Positions 48,262 through 59,061 of a DNA stretch of 64,000 bases are shown here, piece by piece; the stretch's first letter is position 1, and every line of letters begins with the position of its first letter. The DNA is taken from the IMG/VR virus record IMGVR_UViG_3300048919_000076. One strand, written 5' to 3'. Below the pieces are notes generated by a model that was not told where the DNA came from, ran no database searches, and saw only the letters and a list, made by a program, of their open reading frames with translations. A program made the position numbers and the translations under genes. The DNA is from an uncultured virus (IMG/VR IMGVR_UViG_3300048919_000076) (taxonomy: Duplodnaviria > Heunggongvirae > Uroviricota > Caudoviricetes).

Positions 48262-48290
48262 ATTATTGCACGTTTTAGGTTAGTTGTCAA
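48262..48290 (-). promoter_or_regulatory. Sigma70-like promoter facing the ORF-hammerhead-tRNA unit
   Basis: TTGACA-17 nt-AATAAT with TG extension. Confidence 0.65.
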
Positions 48291-48296
48291 CAACTA

Positions 48297-48473
48297 TTAT
48301 TCGTATTTAGGTAAAATAGTCTTATAAACACTGAAATCAGGGTCTGTTAGTGATTCAAACTGATATTCCATCCGAAACACTTCAATACTATCTTCCAAAT
48401 ATTCTACTTCAATATCACATACACAATAATTATTAATACGCCCACATTGTGAGCAAAAGCAAATCTCGCCCAT
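48297..48473 (-). CDS. 58-aa Cys-containing protein (not in ORF track)
   Basis: GGAG RBS; MGEICFCSQCGR...; TTGACA upstream near 48539. Confidence 0.6.
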   Translation of the reverse strand: MGEICFCSQCGRINNYCVCDIEVEYLEDSIEVFRMEYQFESLTDPDFSVYKTILPKYE

Positions 48474-48558
48474 AATGTGGACTCCGTTAGTTGTTTCTCA
48501 AGTTCATGTAGTAAAACACAATTGAGCTCGTTCTGTCAAGGTTTTAGGAAAATAAATA

Positions 48559-48846
48559 TTAAAAATGTTCTCCGTAGTTATCATTCACCAACAAATCCTC
48601 TACAGAATACCAATTCTTACATTCCAACCTACTGCCACGAGCTTCGTTAATTTTCTTAGTTGTAGGCCAAGAATTATATTTGTAGAAATACTGAATCCAT
48701 ACACAAGATTCAGTAAGCTTGATTTTGTTGATGCTCAGTTTTAAATCATAAGGGATTAAGTCTGTAAATTCCTCTTCAGTCTTGAAAGATTTTAGAAGGT
48801 CTATGCGTCCAGAGTATCCGGGATAGCTTTTCCACCAATCACTCAT
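48559..48846 (-). CDS. Hypothetical protein
   Basis: ATGA coupling to the upstream gene. Confidence 0.7.
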   Translation of the reverse strand: MSDWWKSYPGYSGRIDLLKSFKTEEEFTDLIPYDLKLSINKIKLTESCVWIQYFYKYNSWPTTKKINEARGSRLECKNWYSVEDLLVNDNYGEHF

Positions 48847-50201
48847 TTCTTATCCACCTTACAGAATGTAGTATCACCCAATACTGTTTCCCAAGCTGAG
48901 AACATAGCCTCTCTCAAGTCATCTTCAACAGAAGCTTTAACTAGGCAACTGTCGTGATAAGCCAATACTGTGTGTCCCTTAGCCCCCATTGCCCCAACAA
49001 TACGCATCATGATCTTACTATCAATGTTTTGAAGAACAATACCAGCATCAGAGAAGAAACGATCTTTAATAAAATCATTATGTGTTTGCACAGCCTCAAG
49101 AACAGCACAATAATCTGTCTCACCAATCAAAGCGTAGAAATCCTGATCTTCAACAGCCTTGGAACGATCTTGTTTAACCTTGTTACCAAGTGTCCATGCT
49201 GCACTATTCTTGTCGTTAGAGTTCATACCAATCAAGATAGCTAACTTAGCTAATTGACGGACAGGGTTGTGTTTCTTACCCGTCTTCTTTTCCCACTCAT
49301 CTTTCAATCGACCATCAACCTTCAGGAATGACAAGTCTGCATCATATGGAGAAAAGTCTTTACCCATCACGTCATAAATATTAAATCCGTTTGTTTTGTA
49401 CATCAACTGATAGCAGATAGATGGGTGGATTGCAGAGTAGTCCAGTTCCACACATGACTCGCCATCAATCATTAGAGATGATGCCCGCACATGCTGAGGG
49501 AGTAATTGCACACCACCACCTAATGTGTACAGCCGACCTCCACTATCCATATCCCCACTAAAGATGCGACGATAGGACACATCAGCAATAGGAACGCCAT
49601 CAAATGTAATCGAACTGCCTTGCAGAGTGTCATTCATATCTCGTACCTCATTTTTAATTTCTTTAAAACCTTTATGTCCACGAGTAGGCATTTGTTCTTT
49701 AGTCTCCCGATCACGAATGATAGCTAAATCATTATCTTCTAATTCTTTCCAAAGATTGTAGGACGTATTAACATTCTCCCACATCTCTTTTGTACGCTTC
49801 CTGAAGATCATACAAGAAGCAATTGCTTCATCAGGGACAAGCTTTCCTTTCTCCATCTTCCAAGACTTAACGTATCCTTTATAAAGGTCAATATACCCTT
49901 TCTCCTCCAAGAAATCAACAAGAGATTTAACCTTTCTGTAGTTGATACCTTGTTTTGTCTTGCTATATGCATTCCTATCCAAGCTAAAGACAAATCCATT
50001 AGCTTTCTTCTTGATTGCACGAGCAGAGTTAGACACCCACCATCTAACTGCATCTTCCCATTTGTATTTAGTATGCTCCATCACATCATCTACTATCTTC
50101 TTGTAGTATTTAGATTCATGGTAATAGATATAGCTTCTTACACACTGTAGGTTAACAGCATAGACATCATACTCTGTCATATTACTTAATTCATAGATCA
50201 A
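48843..50201 (-). CDS. Pol I-fold polymerase-like protein (single-subunit RNA polymerase-like motifs)
   Basis: GGRLY; ELDYSAIHP (motif A); RQLAK (motif B); LQNIDS; YHDS (motif C). Confidence 0.6.
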   Translation of the reverse strand: MIYELSNMTEYDVYAVNLQCVRSYIYYHESKYYKKIVDDVMEHTKYKWEDAVRWWVSNSARAIKKKANGFVFSLDRNAYSKTKQGINYRKVKSLVDFLEEKGYIDLYKGYVKSWKMEKGKLVPDEAIASCMIFRKRTKEMWENVNTSYNLWKELEDNDLAIIRDRETKEQMPTRGHKGFKEIKNEVRDMNDTLQGSSITFDGVPIADVSYRRIFSGDMDSGGRLYTLGGGVQLLPQHVRASSLMIDGESCVELDYSAIHPSICYQLMYKTNGFNIYDVMGKDFSPYDADLSFLKVDGRLKDEWEKKTGKKHNPVRQLAKLAILIGMNSNDKNSAAWTLGNKVKQDRSKAVEDQDFYALIGETDYCAVLEAVQTHNDFIKDRFFSDAGIVLQNIDSKIMMRIVGAMGAKGHTVLAYHDSCLVKASVEDDLREAMFSAWETVLGDTTFCKVDKK

Positions 50202-50461
50202 TCACTTATTCTCCTTATGATTGGTTAGTAAGAGTAGAGATAGTAGTAGTATTAATAGATAGATGTATTGTAGTACACTAAATGCTCTACAGGCCACGGT
50301 TTATAGGGGTTTGTCCTCATTCTACTCGGTACTTTCTCTGTTTTGCTCTCAATTCATTCCACTAAGACTACACCCTCCCAAGCTCAATGTCAACCCTCAC
50401 ACCAAAAATAATCCCCACTCCAAATCAGCCTAACCACAGCTAAATTCTTTTAGCAATCCGC

Positions 50462-50490
50462 TTGCTTTCCACAACAAGACGTGCGAGAAT
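50462..50490 (+). promoter_or_regulatory. Sigma70-like promoter for the rightward arm
   Basis: TTGCTT-17 nt-GAGAAT, sharing ACGTG..AGAATGGT with the promoter at 1527. Confidence 0.55.
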
Positions 50491-50520
50491 GGTTGCATCA
50501 CTTAGAGAAGGAGATTTACA

Positions 50521-50859
50521 ATGTACATGATTACTCGATTCAACAAGGCTAAGCGTGCAGAAGCACTTTGGTATAATCAATACTCGAATTCCACTATGTG
50601 GGATAGTATCACACCAGTGTCAAATAAAACAAAGCGTGAGATTCATGAGGGATTGGTTGCTCTTGGTCCTTTTCCTACACCGGAGCAAGTGAATGAGATT
50701 ATTGGAAACACATCTTGGACTGATTGCCGATGTGATGAGTGTGGTAAATCAGTTGACAAAGTGATTCAGGTTGGACAAGATCCAGATTATGAAAGTTCGA
50801 CTGCTGAAATCTGTGTACAGTGTTTGAAGAAAGCTATTAAACTGAGTAAGGAGGTTTAA
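50521..50859 (+). CDS. Hypothetical zinc-finger protein
   Basis: AAGGAG RBS; CxxC...CxxC. Confidence 0.75.
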   Translation: MYMITRFNKAKRAEALWYNQYSNSTMWDSITPVSNKTKREIHEGLVALGPFPTPEQVNEIIGNTSWTDCRCDECGKSVDKVIQVGQDPDYESSTAEICVQCLKKAIKLSKEV

Positions 50860-50860
50860 G

Positions 50861-51319
50861 GTGCGTTATTCTAAAGGACGCTGGGTAGCCTCTTACCGAG
50901 ACACTTGGTCCCTCGACACAACCCTATCCCCAATCATCTACGCCGGATTATCCAAATTCCACGATGTCCTAGAACAAAAGAACCGCGAAGGGAAATGTCT
51001 AGGCATCCCAAACGAATACATGAAAAATGAATCCGAATGGGTGACAGATTCTGATATACAAGATTGGCTAGACGACATCAAGAAGATGATGTATGCTTTC
51101 GAGAACAAAGAGCCTGATATGGGAGCGTATGATTTCTCTTTGGAAATGGTGCCTGTTCCGGGAGAGGTAGCTAAGGAAGGCTGCTCAGTCCCATACACAA
51201 TTGAGTGTGATAATTTGGAAGAGAAAGCTAGGTATTATGCTGATTGTGATGAGCATGAGAGGTTGGTGCAAGAGGGGTTGAATCTCTTTAGTTTGAGATA
51301 TTCCAGTTTGTGGTGGTAA
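50861..51319 (+). CDS. Hypothetical protein
   Basis: DTWSLD.TL..II..GL..F and GL.LF...Y..LWW. Confidence 0.8.
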   Translation: MRYSKGRWVASYRDTWSLDTTLSPIIYAGLSKFHDVLEQKNREGKCLGIPNEYMKNESEWVTDSDIQDWLDDIKKMMYAFENKEPDMGAYDFSLEMVPVPGEVAKEGCSVPYTIECDNLEEKARYYADCDEHERLVQEGLNLFSLRYSSLWW

Positions 51320-51337
51320 ATTAATAGGAGAAATGTT

Positions 51338-53742
51338 ATGGAAATGAAATCATATACGAATGTTGTAAGCCTATTCAGGCTAAGAGAAGACTCAGTGTTT
51401 AACAGTCTGAATGATGCCGTTGAAGTCTTTGAGGATGACTCATCAGTTGATGTTATCTTGAACACAGACTACCATCGTGTTGATGTTATATTTAAAGAAG
51501 ACGTGACTGTAGCTGACTGTGAATGTATTTACTTAGGTATTAATCAAGTACGTCCGATTGGTGTATTGATGATGACAAACCGAAATGACCTGTTCGCTAA
51601 GTATGAACAGAATTATATTAAAGTCAGTAGGCTTCAAAATAAGATGTTCAAACAATCAGCCAAGTTTAACAAAGCTAAACGTAAACTTGAGAAGGCATTG
51701 GAGAAGCTTGCATGATCTACATCCTATACTACCTAATCTGTGCTGTATCGAGCTTTTACCTTACTAAAAACTACGTTGAGTCCAACCTTAGACGTGTAGG
51801 CATCCAAGACGCTAGCATCGCTACCGCTATGAGAAATGCCGCTAAGAAAGACGAAACAATTGATCCAATGCATGATTGTCCAGACCATGTAGCTTCAGCT
51901 TTGTTTTGGACGATAATTTTGGTGTACAATCTGTTGTGTTGGCCATTCTGTCTGATGACATTGGTGTATTGGCAGATTAATAAACAAGACTTTTCAGATT
52001 ATAGGGGGTAATATATGATTACTAAAACTGACGACAAGAAACACAAATACCAAAGCTGGGAAACTCTCCTGACACTTAGCTATGGAGGTGCTATGGATTG
52101 TATTACATTTGATTTAGCTGCTTGGGGCTCTACTGAACAAGAGTCAATGGATAATTTCAAGGTAGCTTGGAAGATTCTAAAGGATAAAGTGGATAACTTG
52201 GTGGCTAAAGAATGACAATAAAACTATCCCTATTCATGCTTGATCCTGTAACTGCTCATGCAAAGTACATGAAAGAAGTAGCTGAACTGAACGAAAAGAT
52301 TGAAAAGAAAGATAGTTCTCACAAGGAACTTAAGCTACAATACAAACTTCTGAAAGAACGAATGAAGAGGCGTACAGGTGAACTTACCGTTGTGTCTAAC
52401 AAGCTCTCTGAAGAGAGAAAACTAAATCAGGTATGGGAGAATTGAGATGAAACGAACAATCATGTACCGCTACAGTTCTTGGACAGAAGGTTGTGGATGT
52501 TGCTCAAATAGTGAATCACTCTATGATGTCTATGAAGATGGTGTGTTGGTATCAGAAGCAAATTGGTGTGGGCTTGCACAGGATGAGGCAGACTTACGGG
52601 GTATTCTTAAGCATCTAGAACCTTTTGATATTGATCCTGATAGTTGGTGGTTTTGATGAAAGTATGCTGCGGTAACGGAAAGCCTTATGACACTCTAACA
52701 GACTTCGAACGTCTCGGTGGTTGCGGGAACGATCACTGTGTAGGCCCAATTAGTGTAGAAGATTATGATCTACTCTTGACAGGGCTTGGAACATTCGATA
52801 TAAGAGATTGCACAAGCTCAGATGAGTTGTGTAAGTTGATTAAACCAACAGGAGAGCAAGATGAAATTTAGTAAAGAGGCTTGGTGGGAATATGTCAGGG
52901 GTACTGAACTGAAAGATATGGAAGATGGTGATATCCTAATTGCACTGCAACAAGCGTTCTATTCTGGATATATCTGTAAAGAGTCTGAAATTAAAATTAT
53001 TGATTCTCAACTCGTTGCACTCAAGGAGATGTTTAAGTGAAGCCCCACGAGATTGACAAGATTAAAAGTTTAGATCCTACAGGCTGCAACGGCACTGTGC
53101 AAAGTGTTCTGATGAATCCTAATATCAACCAAGCACATTATGCAGAAGTGTTGTATTATTTGTTGAGTAAGGTGCTTGAAGAGAAGGGGTATCTTGAGCG
53201 TGCTAGTAATGCCATGACTAGGGTGTTGCAAGCTAATGGGTTGGTGGATGAATTGAATAAATGTCTTGAATTGGAGGAGAAACTATGAACTACACAGCAG
53301 AAAATGTTAAAGTATTCTTTGGAGATATTGAAGTTACAGGTTATGCACTTGCCGACCCAATCTATGCAAATCGTGAACGACTGTGGTACAAGGATATTGA
53401 AGGAAAACCTTTCACTGTACTTGCAACTTGTGAAGATTACACTGTAGTAGAGGTTCCTTTCAATGAATTAGGTTATGAAAAGCATATTAAGCCGATGAAG
53501 CCAACTGTTAAGAGTCCATTTAAGTGTGTGGTGGAGAAATGATTTCTCATCTAGACTATTTAATGAGTCTTCCACAAGTACATAGGGAAATTTATGGTTA
53601 CGAAGAAGAAAACAAACCAAATGATTATTGTGTCTGGACAGATATTGGTTATAGTAAGAGTCTAATGGCTTGGGTTGAAACTGATGAGCACTTTAGAGAT
53701 AGAATTAAAGAAATAAAGCTTGACTGTAAAATAGAAACATGA
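51338..53742 (+). other. Run of about ten small, tightly coupled hypothetical ORFs
   Basis: Starts at 51338, 51712 (membrane), 52015, 52212, 52447, ~52656, 52861 (59 aa, not in track), 53037, 53285 and ~53539. Confidence 0.7.
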
Positions 53743-53818
53743 GACATTGGTGGTGTAGGGATTTGTAGGCAGGAAAAGCGGGATAATTATTAAATAACCA
53801 GTAGAAGGAAACAAGTGC

Positions 53819-54643
53819 ATGGGAAGTCGCGAAAGGGCGTTTGTAGTACAAGTTGACGGTCAGGATATCGCCGTTCCCCGTAAACGTGTTCGTAAGGATA
53901 AGGTTGGTAAACCTGCTGTAAACCATAAGTATGATGATGAAAAAGAGTTTAATTCGTTGCACTTTAAGCCTATTGGAGAGGCACAAACGCTTGGGGCACA
54001 GTATCTGCAAGAAGGCCGTAAAATAGTTGCACTACAAGGCCCAGCCGGTGGTGGCAAGTCAATTCTAGCTGCATGGCACGCTGCAAACCTGTTGAAAGCT
54101 AAATCTATCCATAAATTGTTCTTGGTTCGACCTTATGAGTCTTGCGGGCGTACAATCGGGGCGGTTCCCGGCACGGAAGGAGAAAAACTCTCCGTTATCT
54201 TCACCAGCATCTTGGAGCATCTGACCAAGTTCCTTGGTAAAACGCAATTGTCTTACATGCTTGAGAAGAAAGTAATCGAATTCAAAAGCGTCGAATGGAT
54301 GCGCGGTTATTCCTTTGAGGACGGCGTTTTTGTCTTGTGTGAAGAGGTGCAGGGATTCGATACTGACCTTATGCAAATGCTGACAACTCGTATTGGTGAT
54401 GGCGCGCAACTTTGTATGACGGGTGATTGGCGTCAAAAAGACATCCGCAAGGAAACTGGGCTTAAGTACTTGAGTGAAGTTGTAGAGGCTGCAAATAACA
54501 CACCACCAGAATTTCTTGATGACGAAGATATTCAGGAAATCAAGAATAACATTGGGTTTGTGAATTTTACATTTGAGGACAGTGGTCGTCGAAGTAAGTT
54601 GACTAAAGCACTTGTGAAATTGTTTTACTACGAGAAGGGGTAG
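53819..54643 (+). CDS. phoH: PhoH-like ATPase
   Basis: GPAGGGKS, G.VPG, MRG.SF, EEVQ, TRIG, GD..Q.D, RS.L. Confidence 0.92.
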   Translation: MGSRERAFVVQVDGQDIAVPRKRVRKDKVGKPAVNHKYDDEKEFNSLHFKPIGEAQTLGAQYLQEGRKIVALQGPAGGGKSILAAWHAANLLKAKSIHKLFLVRPYESCGRTIGAVPGTEGEKLSVIFTSILEHLTKFLGKTQLSYMLEKKVIEFKSVEWMRGYSFEDGVFVLCEEVQGFDTDLMQMLTTRIGDGAQLCMTGDWRQKDIRKETGLKYLSEVVEAANNTPPEFLDDEDIQEIKNNIGFVNFTFEDSGRRSKLTKALVKLFYYEKG

Positions 54644-54645
54644 TT

Positions 54646-55464
54646 ATGGAAGTCGATTCAACAAGATGGGAGATTATAAAAGAATGGAAAGAGGGTAGAC
54701 GCCACTACCTAGAAGTTAAGTGTAATATTTGTAATACACACTTTGATAGATCACGAAAAGAGCAAATCTTTGGAAAGGTTCTTAGGCAGTGTGAATGCGA
54801 TAAAACTGTGCGTGGAAAGCCATTTGAAATAGGTGAGCGGATTGGTAAACTGATAGTTCTGGAAAGAGATAACAGTATTACGGATAATAAACATGTTTGG
54901 TGGAAGGTAAAGTGTGATTGTGGAGAAGTTAAATCCTTACAAGGTAGTCAGTTGAGGAACGGTACAACTTCAACATGCGGATGTTTGCTTTCTGACAAAC
55001 GTGGAGGTAAAAGAGAAAAGCATGGCAGGACTAAAACAAAAGAGTATAAAATTTGGACTAGTATGTGTGGTAGAGTAACAAGACCAGACGAAAGTACCCG
55101 TAAATGGTATTTTGACAAGGGTATTGGTGTTTCTTCTGAGTGGAGAGCTGGTTTTACACACTTCTATGAGGATATGGGAGACTGTCCAGAGGGGTACTCT
55201 TTAGACAGAATTGACCCATCAGGTGATTACTGTAAAGAAAACTGCCGCTGGGCTTCTCTTGAACTTCAATCTATTAACAAAGGATTGTTTTGCAATAACA
55301 CAAGTGGTAAGACAGGTGTTTCCTTGAATCAACACGGAAAATATATGGCTTACATTTACAACAAGGGCGAGAGAATCCATCTAGGGAGTCATGCAACTTA
55401 TGAATCAGCAGTCAAAGCACGCCTTGAAGCCGAAGAAAAATATTGGGGAGACATTAATGAGTGA
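54646..55464 (+). CDS. HNH homing endonuclease with AP2-like domain
   Basis: W..KCDCG...CGC; DMG.CPEGYSLDRID...Y.KENCRWA; paralogous to 39594-40511. Confidence 0.88.
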   Translation: MEVDSTRWEIIKEWKEGRRHYLEVKCNICNTHFDRSRKEQIFGKVLRQCECDKTVRGKPFEIGERIGKLIVLERDNSITDNKHVWWKVKCDCGEVKSLQGSQLRNGTTSTCGCLLSDKRGGKREKHGRTKTKEYKIWTSMCGRVTRPDESTRKWYFDKGIGVSSEWRAGFTHFYEDMGDCPEGYSLDRIDPSGDYCKENCRWASLELQSINKGLFCNNTSGKTGVSLNQHGKYMAYIYNKGERIHLGSHATYESAVKARLEAEEKYWGDINE

Positions 55465-56227
55465 AGATAATATCGTTCCATTCTTTCAACCAAACAAAAC
55501 GTTCACAACAGAATTTCGTGGTGTTCGGTATGATTACTACTTGACTGGTGAAATTGGCAAGGCTGAGGATTATGTAGACTTGTGTAATATTCTGCGTAGT
55601 GCATCGGCACAAGATGAGGTGGTGATAAGAATCCGGAGTGGCGGCGGGTCTGTACACACAGGCAATATGATCATCAACGCTATTAGTGAATCTGAGGCTA
55701 ATGTCGTTGGGTTCATTGAAAGTGACTGTGGTAGTATGGCTACGTTCATCTTCTTGGCCTGTCATACTTGGGGCGTTTCAGACACTGCTGAGTTTTTCTG
55801 TCACACTTGTAGCTATGGTTCTTGGGGTAAGGAACATGAAAATTTTGCACAGGCTGAGTTTATTCGTAAACAAGCACACAAACAGATGCGTGCTCGATAT
55901 GAAAACTTCCTCACAACTCAAGAAATCGAAATGGTCATTTCTGGGACCGACATCTATCTAGATGCTGATGAAATTATGCAGCGACTTGAAGGGTATTCGG
56001 AAGCTCGAAATAATAAGCCTTGCGACTGTGGCTCAGAAGATTGTCCTCAAAACCAACGCCTCGCAGCTCTCCAAGAGGAAGAAGACTTCGACGACATGCC
56101 AACACTGGAAGACATGATTTCTTCCGCTGTAGCTTCCGGTATTGAGCAATATGAAAAGAAACGACTTGCCGCTGATAAAAAGGTCACGAAGGTAAAACCA
56201 GCAAAAGTAATCGAAAAATCTGAATAA
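55457..56227 (+). CDS. ClpP-like serine protease
   Basis: I.S.GGSV..G..I, C.SMA..IFLA, F.H, D.YLDA.E. Confidence 0.8.
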   Translation: MSEDNIVPFFQPNKTFTTEFRGVRYDYYLTGEIGKAEDYVDLCNILRSASAQDEVVIRIRSGGGSVHTGNMIINAISESEANVVGFIESDCGSMATFIFLACHTWGVSDTAEFFCHTCSYGSWGKEHENFAQAEFIRKQAHKQMRARYENFLTTQEIEMVISGTDIYLDADEIMQRLEGYSEARNNKPCDCGSEDCPQNQRLAALQEEEDFDDMPTLEDMISSAVASGIEQYEKKRLAADKKVTKVKPAKVIEKSE

Positions 56228-56232
56228 AGAGC

Positions 56233-56269
56233 TTGCATTAAATACGTGGGAGGGGTAAAATTCTCCCAC
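56233..56269 (+). promoter_or_regulatory. Sigma70-like promoter overlapped by an inverted repeat
   Basis: TTGCAT-17 nt-TAAAAT; GTGGGAG...CTCCCAC flanks the -10. Confidence 0.55.
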
Positions 56270-56294
56270 AAACTTAAACCAAAGGAGAATTAAA

Positions 56295-58040
56295 ATGGGT
56301 GAATTTACAGCGTGGCTTTGTTGTATGATTTTTGTTGCACTTGTGTCAGTTAACAATACAACATTCCGTTTCGATGCAAACGATGCAGTTAAAATGCTAA
56401 ATGAAGTATGTTCCAAGAATGGCGGCATTGAATATTCCAAAGTGGACATTGACAATTGGTTGTTTACTTGTAAAGATACTGCTAAATGCACTGTTAAACG
56501 TTAAGGAGAAATTGTATGATCAGCGCACAAGAAATAGAAGAACTTATCGCAGAACAACAAGCTGACCTTGCTGCACAGGAACTGCTAGAGAATTCTGAGG
56601 AAGAAGAATGAACATCTTTGATAAATTATACGAAGTTCCAGATGAAGATGGACACCTAGAGCCAGTGTTTGATATTGATCCGTATATTTATTTAGAACTA
56701 GATCTACATTATGCCCAAGGAGAGATGTAATGGATTTTGATGAATTTATTAGTTACCTGAAACAAAGCCTACCAGATAATGTTGACTGGTATGTAGACCA
56801 GAGCAGGTTCAAAGGTAATGATCTTGTAGAGGCAACCATTAAGTTTAATTTTCCTGTACAACAGGACGAGGAAGAATAAAATGCCACTATACATGTTAGT
56901 TAAAGTAGACTTCGAACATCGTGAGAATATGGGATTGTTTGATACACAGGCTAAGGCGCTTGCTTTGCAGACATCACTTGAGCTAGAATTATTTGACTCA
57001 GGTAGTTTGGCTGGTATTAGTTTCTATGTAGAGGAGCACTTTGTTAAATGAATTATGAACAAGATCAGCTAGAGGGGTTGGAATCATCTTTGGAACATTG
57101 GATTCTGTCAGATGAAAAAGATATGGTAGATACTTTTGGTGAAGATCTGGTAGTGGCTGTAAAAGAGGCTTTGCACAATGAGTGACTTCAGTAGTTGGGA
57201 AGATTTAAAAGAGTGGTTATCTGATCCTGAAGATAACTGGAATACCGTAAGTTATCATGCTTGGACTTGGGGTAATTCTTACATGTCTTGTTATGATGAA
57301 GACTGTGGTTGTTCAGATGATTTCGAGACTGTAGAAGACGCTGTGGAAAGTATTAGGGATTATTGCGGTAACAAACTTGAGTTGGTAATTAAGAATGACT
57401 GACCACGACCGATGGCTTGACCAAGATTTAGATGATCACTACTTAGAACTTCTTGAGTCTGGCCTTGAAATACCCTGGCCCGATGAACCAGCAATAGAAC
57501 CAAATAACGATTACGATGATTATGACGGCTGGGATGACATGCAATGATGAGGGTAATTAAAATAACTCCTCACATCCCTTATTATCTAGCCGAAGGAAAC
57601 GTTGTACAAAGTAAGTGGAGAGAACCTTTCGTAGACAGAGTTGGTAATAAAGCAACGCTAACGAAACTAGAAGTGCTTACGAAGAAAGGGAAGATTGTAG
57701 ATTACACAATTCAAGTTCAGTGGGAGTAGAGATTATGGCTGAGAAGAAGCAGAGAGAAATCAAAGTAAGTTATATCTCCTACGAGGAGTATACCCAGTAT
57801 GACTACGTGGATGTTGCAACTTGGTTCATTGTAAATGCTCTTCAACAATATGTCTATTTTCACACGTCGGATCGTGCAGAGGCTCAGCGAGTTTGTAATG
57901 ATCTATACGGAGTAGGATTTTATACAGTAAAGACCTCAAAAATTCAGAAGACTAAATCAAGTCGTGAGGATGGCGGATATTCAGCTTACGGGTCGAATAG
58001 TCGTAAAGGGTTTGCAAGTCAGTTGAAGAAAACAACATGA
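56295..58040 (+). other. Operon of microproteins, most strongly acidic
   Basis: 56295-56504, 56516-56611, 56608-56730, 56730-56879, 56881-57051, 57048-57185, 57178-57402, 57395-57547, 57544-57729 and ~57735-58040, with overlapping or abutting starts and stops. Confidence 0.7.
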
Positions 58041-58453
58041 AGTACGATAAACTCTACATGGACTTAGCTTTACGAGTTGCACAGGAGAGTAAATGCCCAC
58101 GTAAAGCTGTAGGTTGTGTCATTGTACCAGAATCAGGAATGTTGGCAGTTGGTTTCAATGGTCACGCATCAGGTGGTCCCAATATATGGGATTATTCAGA
58201 AGACGGAAATCCAGAAGTAGTACATGCAGAATTGAATAGTTTAGGGAAAATGCTAGAACAAGGGGTTAGTGCTAAAGGATCCACGGTCTATGTAAGCTTG
58301 AGTTGTTGCCTTGATTGTGCTAAGCTTCTTGTACGTGCCAAGGTAAGTCGAGTTGTTTATTTGGAGAGTTACAGAAAGACAGATGGGCTGGATTATTTGA
58401 GAAAATACAATATTTGTGTAGAACAATTTAAAGGAGAACAAAATGAAAACTAA
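58037..58453 (+). CDS. dCMP deaminase
   Basis: S.C.R..VG, G.NG, HAE.N, CxxC. Confidence 0.92.
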   Translation: MKYDKLYMDLALRVAQESKCPRKAVGCVIVPESGMLAVGFNGHASGGPNIWDYSEDGNPEVVHAELNSLGKMLEQGVSAKGSTVYVSLSCCLDCAKLLVRAKVSRVVYLESYRKTDGLDYLRKYNICVEQFKGEQNEN

Positions 58454-59050
58454 AGTAAGTGCTTGGAAAGACGAAGACATTGTAGATACTCGCAAACTCC
58501 AAATCTTTAGCTTGTGTCAAGTAATGGCAGCTTTCCATTATGAACTTGTAGAGTACAAAGGCCACGCTTCACGATTTGAAAGTACCCACCGCTCAAATAA
58601 AGGTCGTAATGTAATTAGCTGGTCTAAGGCCATTTCGCTCTATAACGGTGATTCTGTAAAATGTGTATTTGGTCGTCCTCCTAATCGTTTGACATTGTGG
58701 AGTTTTACCGACTACCAAGTAACACAAGCCAAGGCTGCAAGGATAGTTAAACAGCTCAAATTGCAGTTCTGTCGTCAAACCAAACAGGTGATTGTACAAG
58801 ATCATCGTGTTGAATTTATTACCCCTTCGTATAAAGCTCTATTCCTCGGGAATAAGTATCTATGAACAGATCGATTATCTATGTCTGGTCATCAGGATTT
58901 TGGATATTTGGAGTAGATTATCATCACGGTACACATTCAGCTTTAGGTAAGTATCAAGAAGTTATTCTTGGCGAAGGATGGCATAGACAGGAGATTACTT
59001 TGATGGTGAATGACTTCATTGAAGAGAATCTATTGCTGTGGGAAGATTGA
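58443..59050 (+). other. Two hypothetical ORFs (58443-58865, 58862-59050)
   Basis: RBS and coupled starts. Confidence 0.7.
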
Positions 59051-59061
59051 TAGAAATTTAT

